Of a DNA stretch of 64,000 nucleotides, positions 48,492 through 58,620 are shown piece by piece. The notes beneath the pieces are model-generated. The model was not told the origin of the DNA. It worked only from the letters and a program-made list of their open reading frames with translations, and made no database searches. Source of the DNA: a virus; the IMG/VR virus record IMGVR_UViG_3300005805_000042. The stretch is one strand, 5' to 3'. The position numbers and the translations under genes are program-made. How positions within the stretch are numbered: the stretch's first letter is position 1; each line of letters starts with the position of its first letter.

Positions 48492-49754
48492 ATGAATAAG
48501 AAAAACCCATATGAGTTGATTACGCCTTATAGATTTGACTTGATAATCAAATATTTGTATGCTAACTCAATCGTAAAAAATATAAAATCCGATGTTTATA
48601 AAAACTTTTATAAAGAACATTTAAGACTTTGGAATAATTTTAGAGAATATGATAACCCCAACAAAAATACATTTGAGGCTTTTGATGAAGATTTTCACAA
48701 AATAATAAATTCGTTCAAAACAGATGGGTTTAACCCAGAAATTTCTGAGGTACCAATTTTAGAGGATAAATATATTGTGAATGGTGCACATAGAGTCGCT
48801 GCAGCATTAGCAACAAACCAAGAAGTTTTTGTTAGAGATGCTAATATGCCACATGATGGTCAAAAGGATTGTTCATGGAAAAATCATTTTAGTACTTTGA
48901 GTTTACCAGAAAATATCTGCGATAGAACCGCAGTAGAATATGCAAAATTGAAAAAAAACACATATGTGTTGACTTTGTTCCCGACTGCTAAAGGAGAATA
49001 TCAAAAAGCAATTGATGTCATAAACCGATATGGTAGATTAGTTTATTATAAAAGATTAGACTTAAAAAAACATGCACCTTTAAATCTTATGCGAGAGTTT
49101 TATGCTGGGGAAGCCTGGGCTGGGGGACCGCACGACAATTGGCACGGATACCGAATGAAAGAAGGTCTCTGTTTCACTAATGATTCCCCAACCTACGCAT
49201 TTCTGATAGAACTTGACGAAATGGAAATTGGTAAATCAGTCAAAAATGATATTCGAAATATGTTTGGAGTCGGTAACCACTCGGTACATATAAACGATAC
49301 TCATGAACAAACTGTGAGACTTTCACAAATTGTTTTTAATGATAATAGTATTCACCATATAACTAATACTCCACCAGTTTTTTATTCGAAATTTCAAAGA
49401 GCTATTGAACGTTTTAAAAAATTCATTATCGACAATAATTTGGACATTGATGACTATGCAATTACGGCTAGCTCAGTATTGTCAATTTATGGTCTTAGGG
49501 AAGGTGATGATTTGGATTATTTGCATCATACTGATGTTTTGATACATGATGATGAAAATATGATTCATTCTCATAATCAATATGGCTTGGATTTATACGC
49601 ATTAAATTATGATGAAATAATTCACAACCCAGAAAATTATTTTTACTCCCAAGGGGTAAAATTTGTTTCACCAAAAATCATCAAAGATTTAAAGGTTAAA
49701 CGTAACGAACCAAAAGATGTTACAGATGTTGCTTTAATTGATTCAATTTTATGA
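48492..49754 (+). CDS. Multidomain protein: ParB/Srx-like plus possible NDK-like plus nucleotidyltransferase-like
   Basis: IVNGAHRVAAA; NHSVHINDT; YAITASSVLSIYGLREGDDLDYL. Confidence 0.45.
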   Translation: MNKKNPYELITPYRFDLIIKYLYANSIVKNIKSDVYKNFYKEHLRLWNNFREYDNPNKNTFEAFDEDFHKIINSFKTDGFNPEISEVPILEDKYIVNGAHRVAAALATNQEVFVRDANMPHDGQKDCSWKNHFSTLSLPENICDRTAVEYAKLKKNTYVLTLFPTAKGEYQKAIDVINRYGRLVYYKRLDLKKHAPLNLMREFYAGEAWAGGPHDNWHGYRMKEGLCFTNDSPTYAFLIELDEMEIGKSVKNDIRNMFGVGNHSVHINDTHEQTVRLSQIVFNDNSIHHITNTPPVFYSKFQRAIERFKKFIIDNNLDIDDYAITASSVLSIYGLREGDDLDYLHHTDVLIHDDENMIHSHNQYGLDLYALNYDEIIHNPENYFYSQGVKFVSPKIIKDLKVKRNEPKDVTDVALIDSIL

Positions 49755-50623
49755 AAAAGATTTATTTCGCACCAACACCCTGGTCATCGAGCGCGAATGT
49801 TTTAGAAGATTATCGATTTCAAACCCCAAATAATTTGGGTGTCTGGGAAGATATTCAAGCAACAACAAGTATCGATGAGGCTGAGTATTTGGTGATTCAA
49901 GATGAATGTAATGATAAGAATATATTAGATAGGTTTGAACCCAAAAAAAGGTTGTACTTTAATAGAGAGGCTCTATCAACTCATTTGAAAAACAAATATC
50001 CGCAATCTGAATTTAATAGATTCAGTTTCTGGGATGGTAGTGGTTATTTACCAACCAGGTGGTGGTATGGAAACAACTGGAGTAGTGGTGGTATTAATAA
50101 AAATTATGATGAATTAATTGATTTTAATATTCCTGAAAAAACCGGAAATTTGTGTTGTATACTATCTAATAAAGTGATGAATGAAGGTCACGAACTAAGA
50201 AAAGATTTTACAAAAAAATTATTGGAAAAATATGATTTCGATTTATATGGTTCTGTAAGTTTTGCTAACAAAACATTACCAAATAATGACAAATTTGGTA
50301 CCGTAAAAAATTATAAGTACTGTCTTGGTTTTGACAACCAAGATTTTATTAAAGACTTTTTTGGGACCCCACTCACAGATTCTTTGTTGTCTTGGACGGT
50401 ACCTATTTTTTGGTGTGGACAAGACCTCAAAAAATATTTTCCAGAGGGTTCCTTTATTCAATTCGATGCTAGAAAAAAAGAAAGTGAAATGAATAGAATT
50501 ATTGAAATTATCGAAAACGATGATTACGAAAAAAGAATCCCTTTGATAAAGGAGGCTAGAGAAAACATTTTAAAAAAATATAATTTTTGGCCAACAATAA
50601 AAAAAGTTATTGATAATGATTAA
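49751..50623 (+). CDS. GT10 (alpha-1,3/4-fucosyltransferase-like) protein
   Basis: YKYCLGFDN...LTDSLLSWTVPIFWCG resembles the GT10 motif YKF-x-L-x-FEN...TEK...A...VPIY-x-G. Confidence 0.65.
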   Translation: MKKIYFAPTPWSSSANVLEDYRFQTPNNLGVWEDIQATTSIDEAEYLVIQDECNDKNILDRFEPKKRLYFNREALSTHLKNKYPQSEFNRFSFWDGSGYLPTRWWYGNNWSSGGINKNYDELIDFNIPEKTGNLCCILSNKVMNEGHELRKDFTKKLLEKYDFDLYGSVSFANKTLPNNDKFGTVKNYKYCLGFDNQDFIKDFFGTPLTDSLLSWTVPIFWCGQDLKKYFPEGSFIQFDARKKESEMNRIIEIIENDDYEKRIPLIKEARENILKKYNFWPTIKKVIDND

Positions 50624-51428
50624 ACCTAATGTCTATATCACAACTTGTGATGCAAATATTTTTATAGTTAAGTATTTCCAATACTTTTTTAACAAGTATT
50701 GGGGAAAACACATTAAAGTAAAAATTTTAGGATTTTCACCACCAGATTTTGAATTGGCTGATAATTTTGAATTTATATCATTAGGGAAGGAACAAATCGG
50801 AGGTGCGAATGGCTGGTCAAATTATTTAATTGATTTTTTTAGTAGTATCGATGATGAATATTTTGTTTACGGATTAGATGATTTCATGATTGCTCGAAAT
50901 GTTGATGAAGAAGTTTTTGAAACAGCATTAAGCTTATTAGATAAAAATACTGGTAGAATAGATTTACAACCTTCATTACAATATGCAAGACCCCAACATT
51001 TTGTCAAAAACTACACAACAAAAAATGATATTGAATTCCTTTCTTTAGTAGAGTCTGGTCATGGAACAAATCTTTATCAAAATGCTGCAGCATTCTCTAT
51101 ATGGAATAGAAAATGGTTTTTAAAAAATATTAGAAGAGATTGGTCCCCCTGGGATTGGGAAATTACTGGTAGTATGAGTTTGGCTGATGGTGACGGTTTT
51201 AATGTTATTGGTTCCAAAAACAGATGGGCAATCAGAAAACTCGAGTTATTGAGTAGTCAATGGCCAGGTGTTATAAATGTCAGAGGAATTTTACCCGAGG
51301 ACGTTGAAGAAATGAAAAAATTGACCAGCAATTCAGATAGGATAACTAATTTAAAACCTATAATGGATGAAAAATGGTATTATGAAGTTCCCGGTGGAAA
51401 TTGGGAGCAAACTATCTTTAATAATTAA
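50616..51428 (+). CDS. Putative glycosyltransferase-like protein
   Basis: LDDF acidic motif, WSPWDWE; glycan-locus context. Confidence 0.45.
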   Translation: MIKPNVYITTCDANIFIVKYFQYFFNKYWGKHIKVKILGFSPPDFELADNFEFISLGKEQIGGANGWSNYLIDFFSSIDDEYFVYGLDDFMIARNVDEEVFETALSLLDKNTGRIDLQPSLQYARPQHFVKNYTTKNDIEFLSLVESGHGTNLYQNAAAFSIWNRKWFLKNIRRDWSPWDWEITGSMSLADGDGFNVIGSKNRWAIRKLELLSSQWPGVINVRGILPEDVEEMKKLTSNSDRITNLKPIMDEKWYYEVPGGNWEQTIFNN

Positions 51429-51433
51429 TTTTA

Positions 51434-52141
51434 ATGATTCTCGATAAATATAAATCAATTTATTTCCACGTACCAAAATGTGCTGGTAGCTCTATAAATA
51501 AATTTTTATTACCGTTTAGTGAAGATATCCCTTGGGAGAACAAACCTGTGAGATATGGTTCAATTATGATTAGAAGAGAATCTCAAGAAGACCATTCATA
51601 TTGGGGTGAGGGTTATATGCACGCAACTGCTTTAGAAATGCAAAAATTTATGGGTGATGAGAAATTTAAATCCTATTTTAAGTTTGCGGTTGTTAGGAAT
51701 ACATACGAAAGAATTTTATCCTTACTTTTTTGGGAAAGGGACCACAAAACTTTCGAATTAAATTCTGTCAAAGAAGTTATTCAATACAATGGTGTTAAAG
51801 GTGCTCATATTGTTGATTATAAAAATGCAAAAATACCTCAATCCCGCGGAGCGTCCCCAATTAATTTTTTCTTGTGCGATGAAAATGATAATCTCATGGT
51901 GGACAAAATAATTGATTGCTCAAATCTAGAACAAGAATTTAGTCAGCTTATGTCCACTTTAGGTTTACCAGAAACTAATTTCGATATAAAAGTTAATACA
52001 ACTAATCATAACCATTATTCAAATTATTACACTCAAGAAATTATTGATTTAATAGACGAGGTTTATGAACTTGAAATTAAGAAATTTGGATTTAAATTTG
52101 ATGATAAAAGCGGAAGAAATTTAAAAGGAATTCTTTCATAA
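51434..52141 (+). CDS. Carbohydrate sulfotransferase (Sulfotransfer_2 family)
   Basis: 5'-PSB motif YFHVPKCAGSSI; 3'-PB motif FAVVRNTYERILS. Confidence 0.8.
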   Translation: MILDKYKSIYFHVPKCAGSSINKFLLPFSEDIPWENKPVRYGSIMIRRESQEDHSYWGEGYMHATALEMQKFMGDEKFKSYFKFAVVRNTYERILSLLFWERDHKTFELNSVKEVIQYNGVKGAHIVDYKNAKIPQSRGASPINFFLCDENDNLMVDKIIDCSNLEQEFSQLMSTLGLPETNFDIKVNTTNHNHYSNYYTQEIIDLIDEVYELEIKKFGFKFDDKSGRNLKGILS

Positions 52142-52153
52142 AAAATATAAAAA

Positions 52154-53017
52154 ATGGAAAAATATAATTTGAATGGAAAGCTAGTTTTGGTGACTGGTGG
52201 TACAGGTTTCTTAGGGAAACCATTAATTAAAGTGTTACTAAGTCTTGGTGCGCGCGTTAGAACAATAGCAAGGAATGAGGGTAAGTTAATTGAACTTAGT
52301 CAAATGTTTCCTCAGGTTGAAATCTTAACAGGGGATATTTCAGACCCATTCGATGCAAAACAAGCTATGAAAGGTGTTCAAGCAGTATTTCACCTAGCAG
52401 CATCCAAACACGTTGGTTTAGCAGAAAAACAAGTTAGAGAGTGCATTAAAACCAACACAATAGGAACCATGAATTTATTGGATAGTTCTCTCAATGAAGA
52501 ACTGGAATTCTTTATCAGCATTTCAACAGACAAAGCAGCTCAGGTTGCTGGAGTATATGGTGCTAGTAAGTTGTTGATGGAGCGACTTCATAATCAATAC
52601 GAAGTTCTAAATCCAAAATGTGATTACAGAATCGTTAGATATGGTAATGTATTATATTCAACTGGTTCTGTTTTATGTAAGTGGAAAGATTTGATTGAAC
52701 AAGACAAACCAGTAACAGTTACCGAACCAAAGGCAACTAGATTTTTTTGGACTGTTGACCAAGCAATTGATTTGATTTTTAATTGTTTAGAAAATTGTGA
52801 TAACACAAGTCCATTTGTTCCTGACATGAAAGCTATGAGTATCGAAAATCTATTACAGGCAATGTATCAAAAATACGGCAAAGAAAACCAAGAACAGAAA
52901 ATCAATGTAATTGGTCTCCAACCTGGTGAGAATTACCATGAAAAAATTCTTGAAAATGGACCATATTCATCTGAAGTCGAGGAGTTTACTATTGAAGAAA
53001 TAAAGATTTTAATATAA
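52154..53017 (+). CDS. NDP-sugar 4,6-dehydratase (CapD/PseB-like)
   Basis: TGGTGFLG, HLAASKHV, STDKA, YGASK, RYGNVLYSTGSV, GLQPGENYHE. Confidence 0.85.
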   Translation: MEKYNLNGKLVLVTGGTGFLGKPLIKVLLSLGARVRTIARNEGKLIELSQMFPQVEILTGDISDPFDAKQAMKGVQAVFHLAASKHVGLAEKQVRECIKTNTIGTMNLLDSSLNEELEFFISISTDKAAQVAGVYGASKLLMERLHNQYEVLNPKCDYRIVRYGNVLYSTGSVLCKWKDLIEQDKPVTVTEPKATRFFWTVDQAIDLIFNCLENCDNTSPFVPDMKAMSIENLLQAMYQKYGKENQEQKINVIGLQPGENYHEKILENGPYSSEVEEFTIEEIKILI

Positions 53018-53022
53018 TATCA

Positions 53023-53709
53023 GTGAAAACTATTGTTGAAATTGGGGCAAATAGAGGGCAAGACACGATTAATTTAGTTCAACAACCGGACTCATTTGTC
53101 TATTGTATAGAACCAGTACCACAACTATTTGAAAAATTAAAAGTGAAATTTTCAGAGAACCAAAACATCAAAATATTTCAATTAGCAATTGATAATTATG
53201 ATGGTAAATCAAATTTAGGTTTATCAGCACCCTATCATGGCCCTGGAACAGAATCTTCATATGCGTGTTCTTCATTAAATGAATTCTCAGACAATATAAG
53301 TGAAACATGGGGAAATCGTCCAGATTTTAAAATGACAGAATACGTTGAAGTTGAGGTGATGAAGCTGTCAACATTTATTGAAAAAGAGAATATTGAAGTG
53401 ATTGACTATTTGCATTGTGATGCCCAGTCAAGTGATTTGAATGTACTTAAATCATTAGGTGATAAAATTGAAATATTACAAAGTGGTCGTTGTGAGGGCT
53501 CCAACACAAAAAAACTTTACAAAAATATTGATAACAGTGTTGGTAGTATTTTGGAGTTTTTAGAGGAGAATAATTTTGAGATTACCGAATTAAAGGATGA
53601 ATTAGGTAATAAAATTGAAAATCCTGAATACGGATTAGATTCAAATGGGAAAAAATATTTACCGCACAGCACAGCAGAAATAGATATTTTTTTTAAAAGA
53701 AAGGGCTAG
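53023..53709 (+). CDS. FkbM-family methyltransferase
   Basis: GTG start; VEIGANRG, IEP, YLHCDAQSSD. Confidence 0.75.
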   Translation: MKTIVEIGANRGQDTINLVQQPDSFVYCIEPVPQLFEKLKVKFSENQNIKIFQLAIDNYDGKSNLGLSAPYHGPGTESSYACSSLNEFSDNISETWGNRPDFKMTEYVEVEVMKLSTFIEKENIEVIDYLHCDAQSSDLNVLKSLGDKIEILQSGRCEGSNTKKLYKNIDNSVGSILEFLEENNFEITELKDELGNKIENPEYGLDSNGKKYLPHSTAEIDIFFKRKG

Positions 53710-53712
53710 TTT

Positions 53713-54414
53713 ATGGAATTTACTTTTGGGATAATTACTGGAGGAGAAAAAAATCATAGAGAAGCACTTTCTAATAAAGAAGTTATAGCGAGAATAAAAA
53801 AAATAATTGAGACAATAGAATCTCAAAAAATTTCAAAATACGAAATAATAATTGTCGGTGGATTGAATGACTATCAAGATTTTAATTATGTCAAACATTT
53901 TGAATTTACTGAAAAAGGGAATCCTTGGATAACCCGAAAAAAAAACATAATAACACAAAACGCTTCATTTGAAAATGTTGTTTATATGCATGATTATTAT
54001 AGCCTTGATAAAGACTGGTATTCAAGCATGTTGGCTTATGGAAACAATTTCAAAATTTTAATGAACCAAATTTTGGATATAAATAACAATCGTTACCATG
54101 ATTGGGAAATTGTGGATTTTTTTGAACCTGGTGTATCATTATTACCATATGAAGTTAAAGACTTGACTAAATTTCAATACATAAATGGTGGATTTTGGAT
54201 TGCCAAAAAAAATGTAATGTTAGAATTCCCCTTAAATGAAACTTTAGGGTGGGGTTCGGGTGAAGATTTGGAATGGTCTTCCAGGGTTAAAACAAGATAT
54301 TGTTTTGAATTAAATGAAAAAGCTAAAATCCGTCTGTTAAAACCACGATTCATCGGTTCAGAAAGAAAAGTTTTAACTGAAGAGCAAGTTAATTTTTTGA
54401 GACAAAGACTATAG
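53713..54414 (+). CDS. GT2-like glycosyltransferase
   Basis: TFGIITGG, WITRKKN, YMHDY, GEDLEWS. Confidence 0.65.
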   Translation: MEFTFGIITGGEKNHREALSNKEVIARIKKIIETIESQKISKYEIIIVGGLNDYQDFNYVKHFEFTEKGNPWITRKKNIITQNASFENVVYMHDYYSLDKDWYSSMLAYGNNFKILMNQILDINNNRYHDWEIVDFFEPGVSLLPYEVKDLTKFQYINGGFWIAKKNVMLEFPLNETLGWGSGEDLEWSSRVKTRYCFELNEKAKIRLLKPRFIGSERKVLTEEQVNFLRQRL

Positions 54415-54417
54415 TTT

Positions 54418-55182
54418 ATGAAAATAGCTGTTTGTTTATATGGTAAATTCAGTGGGGAAAACGACCGGAGTAACATTCGAGGTTTCGAAAAATCTTTTGA
54501 ATTTTTGAAAAAAAATATATTATCGGACAATACGGATATTTTTATCCATGGTTGGGATGACAATCAAGGGGATACCCAAAAAATCGTTGAATTGTACAAA
54601 CCAAAAAAATTTATTTTAGAAAAACAAATACAATTTGACCACCCATATAAACATTATAATTTTATACCAGAAGGCCCTTGGGCAACAAAAAATTACATTA
54701 ACAATGATTACTCAAGATTTTTTTCAATAAAAAAAGTGGTTGAGCTTATTGAGGGCGATTATGATTTGGTTTTAATTGCAAGATTTGATACTGTTTTTTT
54801 CCAAAATTTTCCATGGGAACAAATGGATTGTAAAAATTTTTATGTAAGCCATTGGGGTCATAACAAACATAAAATGGGCTTTCAAGATGCCTGGTTCATA
54901 TCGGGCCTTGATTTGATGAAAAAATGGACACAAATCTATGATAGATTAGATGATTATTTTTCTTTAGATAGTGATTATTTTAAATTTATAAAAAACCATG
55001 GTGGTGATGAAACTAATTTACCATCAGGGCACGCAATAAGTCGATACAGAACAATCGAGCTTGGTTTGGAAGATGTAACCTTTTGTGTTGGAGCTTTGCC
55101 AGAAACTTGGACTTTAGAAAGATATCTTGATAGAGAAGTACGAGAAATAAATCCAGAACTCGGTATTCAAAAACTTAAGTAA
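54418..55182 (+). CDS. Glycan-locus hypothetical protein (KIAVCLYG type, possible transferase)
   Basis: KIAVCLYG...IFIHGW...YDLVLIARFD. Confidence 0.5.
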   Translation: MKIAVCLYGKFSGENDRSNIRGFEKSFEFLKKNILSDNTDIFIHGWDDNQGDTQKIVELYKPKKFILEKQIQFDHPYKHYNFIPEGPWATKNYINNDYSRFFSIKKVVELIEGDYDLVLIARFDTVFFQNFPWEQMDCKNFYVSHWGHNKHKMGFQDAWFISGLDLMKKWTQIYDRLDDYFSLDSDYFKFIKNHGGDETNLPSGHAISRYRTIELGLEDVTFCVGALPETWTLERYLDREVREINPELGIQKLK

Positions 55183-55185
55183 CTT

Positions 55186-55620
55186 ATGATTTTAATTTCA
55201 CACCGTGGGAACATAGATGGTAGATTAGAAAATGTGGAAAATTCTCCAGATTACATAACTTTTGCATTGAATCAAGGGTATGATGTCGAAATAGATGTTT
55301 GGTACATTGATTCTAAATTTTATTTAGGACATGATGAGCCACTTTACAAAATTGAAGAGAAATTCTTAGAAAACCAAAATCTTTGGTGTCACGCTAAAAA
55401 CGAAAATGCGCTTTTTAAAATGTTACAAAATAAAAAAATACATTGTTTTTGGCATCAATCAGATGATTATACACTCACATCCAAAGGGATACCGTGGGTT
55501 TACCCCGGAAAAAAAGTTTCTGAAAAAGGAATCTGGGTTTTACCGGAACGTACCAATTACAAAAATATTAAAATAAATTGTTTGGGCATTTGTTCAGACT
55601 ATATTTCAAATTACACGTGA
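55186..55620 (+). CDS. Short PLC/GDPD-like phosphodiesterase-fold protein
   Basis: LISHRGN, VEIDVW, GHDEP, GICSDY. Confidence 0.65.
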   Translation: MILISHRGNIDGRLENVENSPDYITFALNQGYDVEIDVWYIDSKFYLGHDEPLYKIEEKFLENQNLWCHAKNENALFKMLQNKKIHCFWHQSDDYTLTSKGIPWVYPGKKVSEKGIWVLPERTNYKNIKINCLGICSDYISNYT

Positions 55621-56990
55621 TAAAACTAATTATTTTCGATTTGGATGGTGTTTTGGTAGAAGCTAAAAACATTCATTATGATGCTCTTAATCTAGCTATT
55701 GAGAAGTATGATAAAAATTGTGTGATTGACTGGAATGAACATTTGAGTAAATACGACGGCTTAAAAACCCAACAGAAACTAGAAATGTTAACAAAAGACA
55801 AAGGGCTTTCATCCAAATTTCATAAACTTATTTGGGATGAAAAACAAAAAATTACTCTAAGATTATTGAGTGATTTGAAAAAAAACAACGAGTTAATCGA
55901 GTTATTTTTTTTATTATCAGAAAATGGTTACAAAATTGCTTGTTGTAGTAATTCTATACGAAAAACAGTTCTCACTGTATTATCTAAATTAGGTATAATA
56001 GAATTTTTTGACTTAATTGTGTCAAATGAAGACGTATTAAATTCTAAGCCTCATCCAGAGATGTATTGGAAGTGCATATCAAAAATGTCTGTCTTACCAG
56101 AACAGACTTTGATTGTCGAGGACTCGCCTTATGGTTTGCTAGCAGCCTCAAGGACTAATTCGCATATCTTAAGAGTGCAAAACCCGGGTGAAGTTAATAA
56201 AAATAACATAAATAAAAAATTACAACAAATTGAAAAAAAATCATTTATGAAAACACCAAAATGGCATGATGATAAATTAAACATTTTAATACCGATGGCT
56301 GGGGCTGGGTCACGATTCGAAAAAGCGGGTTATACTTTCCCTAAACCATTGATTGATGTTGAGGGCGAACCCATGATTAAGTTGGTTTCGGAAAATCTAA
56401 ATATTAAGGCAAACTTTATTTATATTGTGCAAAAAAAACATAGAGAAAAATATAATCTAGATACTTTATTAAACTTAGTTTCTCCTGGATGTAGAATAGT
56501 CGAAATTGATGGGATAACTGAAGGTGCTGCTGTTACAACACTACTAGCTAAAGATTTAATAGATAACGACTCACCACTTATTATGGCTAACTCTGACCAA
56601 TTTGTTGAGTGGGATTCCAATGAATTTATGTACAAAATGGTTGAGACACAAGCTGATGGTGGTATAGTTACCTTCAAGGCAACGCATCCGAAGTGGTCAT
56701 TTGCTAAAATTGATGATAATGGTTATGTTACAGAAGTTGCAGAAAAAAACCCAATTTCAGATATTGCTACTGTGGGCATTTATTATTGGGCAAAAGGCTC
56801 TGATTATGTAAAATATGCTGAGCAAATGATACAGAAAGATATTCGCACAAATAATGAATTTTATGTTTGTCCAGTATTCAATGAAGCTATTTTAGGTGGA
56901 AAAAAAATCAGAACATATGAAATTGAAAAAATGTGGGGTTTAGGAACACCAGAGGATTTAAATGTTTACCTTAATAGAAAACAAAACTAA
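55617..56990 (+). CDS. HAD phosphatase fused to sugar-phosphate nucleotidyltransferase
   Basis: GTG start overlapping the prior TGA; FDLDGVL, KPHPE, VEDS; then IPMAGAGSRF, PKPLI, LGTPEDL. Confidence 0.8.
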   Translation: MIKLIIFDLDGVLVEAKNIHYDALNLAIEKYDKNCVIDWNEHLSKYDGLKTQQKLEMLTKDKGLSSKFHKLIWDEKQKITLRLLSDLKKNNELIELFFLLSENGYKIACCSNSIRKTVLTVLSKLGIIEFFDLIVSNEDVLNSKPHPEMYWKCISKMSVLPEQTLIVEDSPYGLLAASRTNSHILRVQNPGEVNKNNINKKLQQIEKKSFMKTPKWHDDKLNILIPMAGAGSRFEKAGYTFPKPLIDVEGEPMIKLVSENLNIKANFIYIVQKKHREKYNLDTLLNLVSPGCRIVEIDGITEGAAVTTLLAKDLIDNDSPLIMANSDQFVEWDSNEFMYKMVETQADGGIVTFKATHPKWSFAKIDDNGYVTEVAEKNPISDIATVGIYYWAKGSDYVKYAEQMIQKDIRTNNEFYVCPVFNEAILGGKKIRTYEIEKMWGLGTPEDLNVYLNRKQN

Positions 56991-56998
56991 TTTTACTT

Positions 56999-58111
56999 AT
57001 GTCACAATATTCAATACCACAATTTCAACCGTACATTGATGAAAAAGAGTACGAAGCTATAAAATCTTGTTTTGACCTAAATTGGATAACTGAAGGTCCG
57101 AAATCAACAGAGTTTGTTAATAAACTTTTAGAAATGATGGGTGTAAAGTATGGTGTGTTAGCGCCTAATGGAACCTTATCGTTATACATGGCCCTGAAGG
57201 CTCTAGGCATTGGTAAAGGAGATGAAGTAATTGTTCCTAATTTTACATTTATAGCTTCCGCAAATGCAATAGAAATGGTGGGTGCTAAACCAATTTTCTG
57301 TGATGTTCAAGAATCCGATTTACATATTGATTTAAAAAAAGCTGAAAAACTTGTTACAAGAAAAACTAGAGCAATTATGCCTGTGCACATATATGGAATG
57401 GCATGTGATATGGATGCGGTAATGATGTTTGCCAAAAAACATAAACTTAAAGTTGTAGAAGATGCTGCTCAAGCAGTCGGTGTAAAATGGAACGGTAAAC
57501 AAGCCGGCACATTTGGAGACATTGGGAGTTTTTCGTTTTTTGCTGATAAAACTTTGACAACTGGTGAAGGTGGTTTGGTAGTAACTAATGATGAAGAAAT
57601 TTACAATAAACTTCTTTTTATGAGAAATCAGGGTAGAATTAATAGAGGTAGTTTTATTCACCCAGAAATTGGTTACAATTTTAGAATGACCGACCTCCAA
57701 ACTGCTATTGGTTTGGTTCAGCTTTCAAAGTTCCCAGAAATCGTTAAAAAGAAAAAAAAAATTATTGATACTTACAAAAAATACTTGAGCCCTAAAATCC
57801 GTATTATTGAACCCTTAGAAGGCTCGACACATATTCCTTTCAGAGTTTGTATTACAGTACCGGGAGGTAGTGACCAATTAATGTCTCACTTGAAAGATTT
57901 TGGAATAGAACCAAGAACTTTCTTTTATCCATTACACAAACAACCTTGTTATGAAGACAAATCTTTTTGGAGATTTTTAAAGACAAAAAATGATTTATCC
58001 GTGTCTGAAAAATTATATGAAGAAGGAGTATGTTTACCTTCCTGGGTTGGAATCTCAACAGAACAAGTAAAACTTATTTGTGACGCAATTAATAACTTCA
58101 AAAAATGGTAG
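56999..58111 (+). CDS. DegT/DnrJ/EryC1/StrS PLP-dependent sugar aminotransferase (perosamine synthase-like)
   Basis: VEDAAQA, SFSFFADKTLTTGEGG, GYNFRM. Confidence 0.9.
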   Translation: MSQYSIPQFQPYIDEKEYEAIKSCFDLNWITEGPKSTEFVNKLLEMMGVKYGVLAPNGTLSLYMALKALGIGKGDEVIVPNFTFIASANAIEMVGAKPIFCDVQESDLHIDLKKAEKLVTRKTRAIMPVHIYGMACDMDAVMMFAKKHKLKVVEDAAQAVGVKWNGKQAGTFGDIGSFSFFADKTLTTGEGGLVVTNDEEIYNKLLFMRNQGRINRGSFIHPEIGYNFRMTDLQTAIGLVQLSKFPEIVKKKKKIIDTYKKYLSPKIRIIEPLEGSTHIPFRVCITVPGGSDQLMSHLKDFGIEPRTFFYPLHKQPCYEDKSFWRFLKTKNDLSVSEKLYEEGVCLPSWVGISTEQVKLICDAINNFKKW

Positions 58112-58620
58112 TAGAAAAAAGTAAAATATTTGGTGAAGATGTAAAAATCATCCAACCTCAAATCTTTCAAGATTTTCGTGGTGAGTATGTTGAAACCTGG
58201 AATGTAGAACTCTACAAACAATTCGGCGTTGAATTCAAACAAGACGACATAAGTGTTTCTGTACGACATACCTTAAGAGGTTTTCATGGAGACCAAAACA
58301 CATATAAACTTATCTCATGTTTATATGGGAGTTTGTATCAAGTAATTGTTGATATGAGACCTAAAAGTCCAACATATCTTAAATGGGAAGCCTTTGCCCT
58401 AAATGATAAAAATAGAAAGCAAATATTGATACCACCTATGTTTGGTAACGCTCATTTGGTGATGAGTGATACTGCAATTTTCCACTACAAACAATCAACC
58501 CTTTATGAAGGGCAAGGAAAACAATTCACAATAAAATGGGATGACCCAAAAGTGGGGGCATATTTTCCAATAAAAAATCCGATTCTATCAGAACGGGATA
58601 CATTTGTCGATTATTTATGA
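58105..58620 (+). CDS. rmlC: dTDP-4-dehydrorhamnose 3,5-epimerase family
   Basis: DFRG, LRGFHG, VDMR..SPTYLKW, LIPPMFGNAH, LSERD. Confidence 0.85.
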   Translation: MVVEKSKIFGEDVKIIQPQIFQDFRGEYVETWNVELYKQFGVEFKQDDISVSVRHTLRGFHGDQNTYKLISCLYGSLYQVIVDMRPKSPTYLKWEAFALNDKNRKQILIPPMFGNAHLVMSDTAIFHYKQSTLYEGQGKQFTIKWDDPKVGAYFPIKNPILSERDTFVDYL

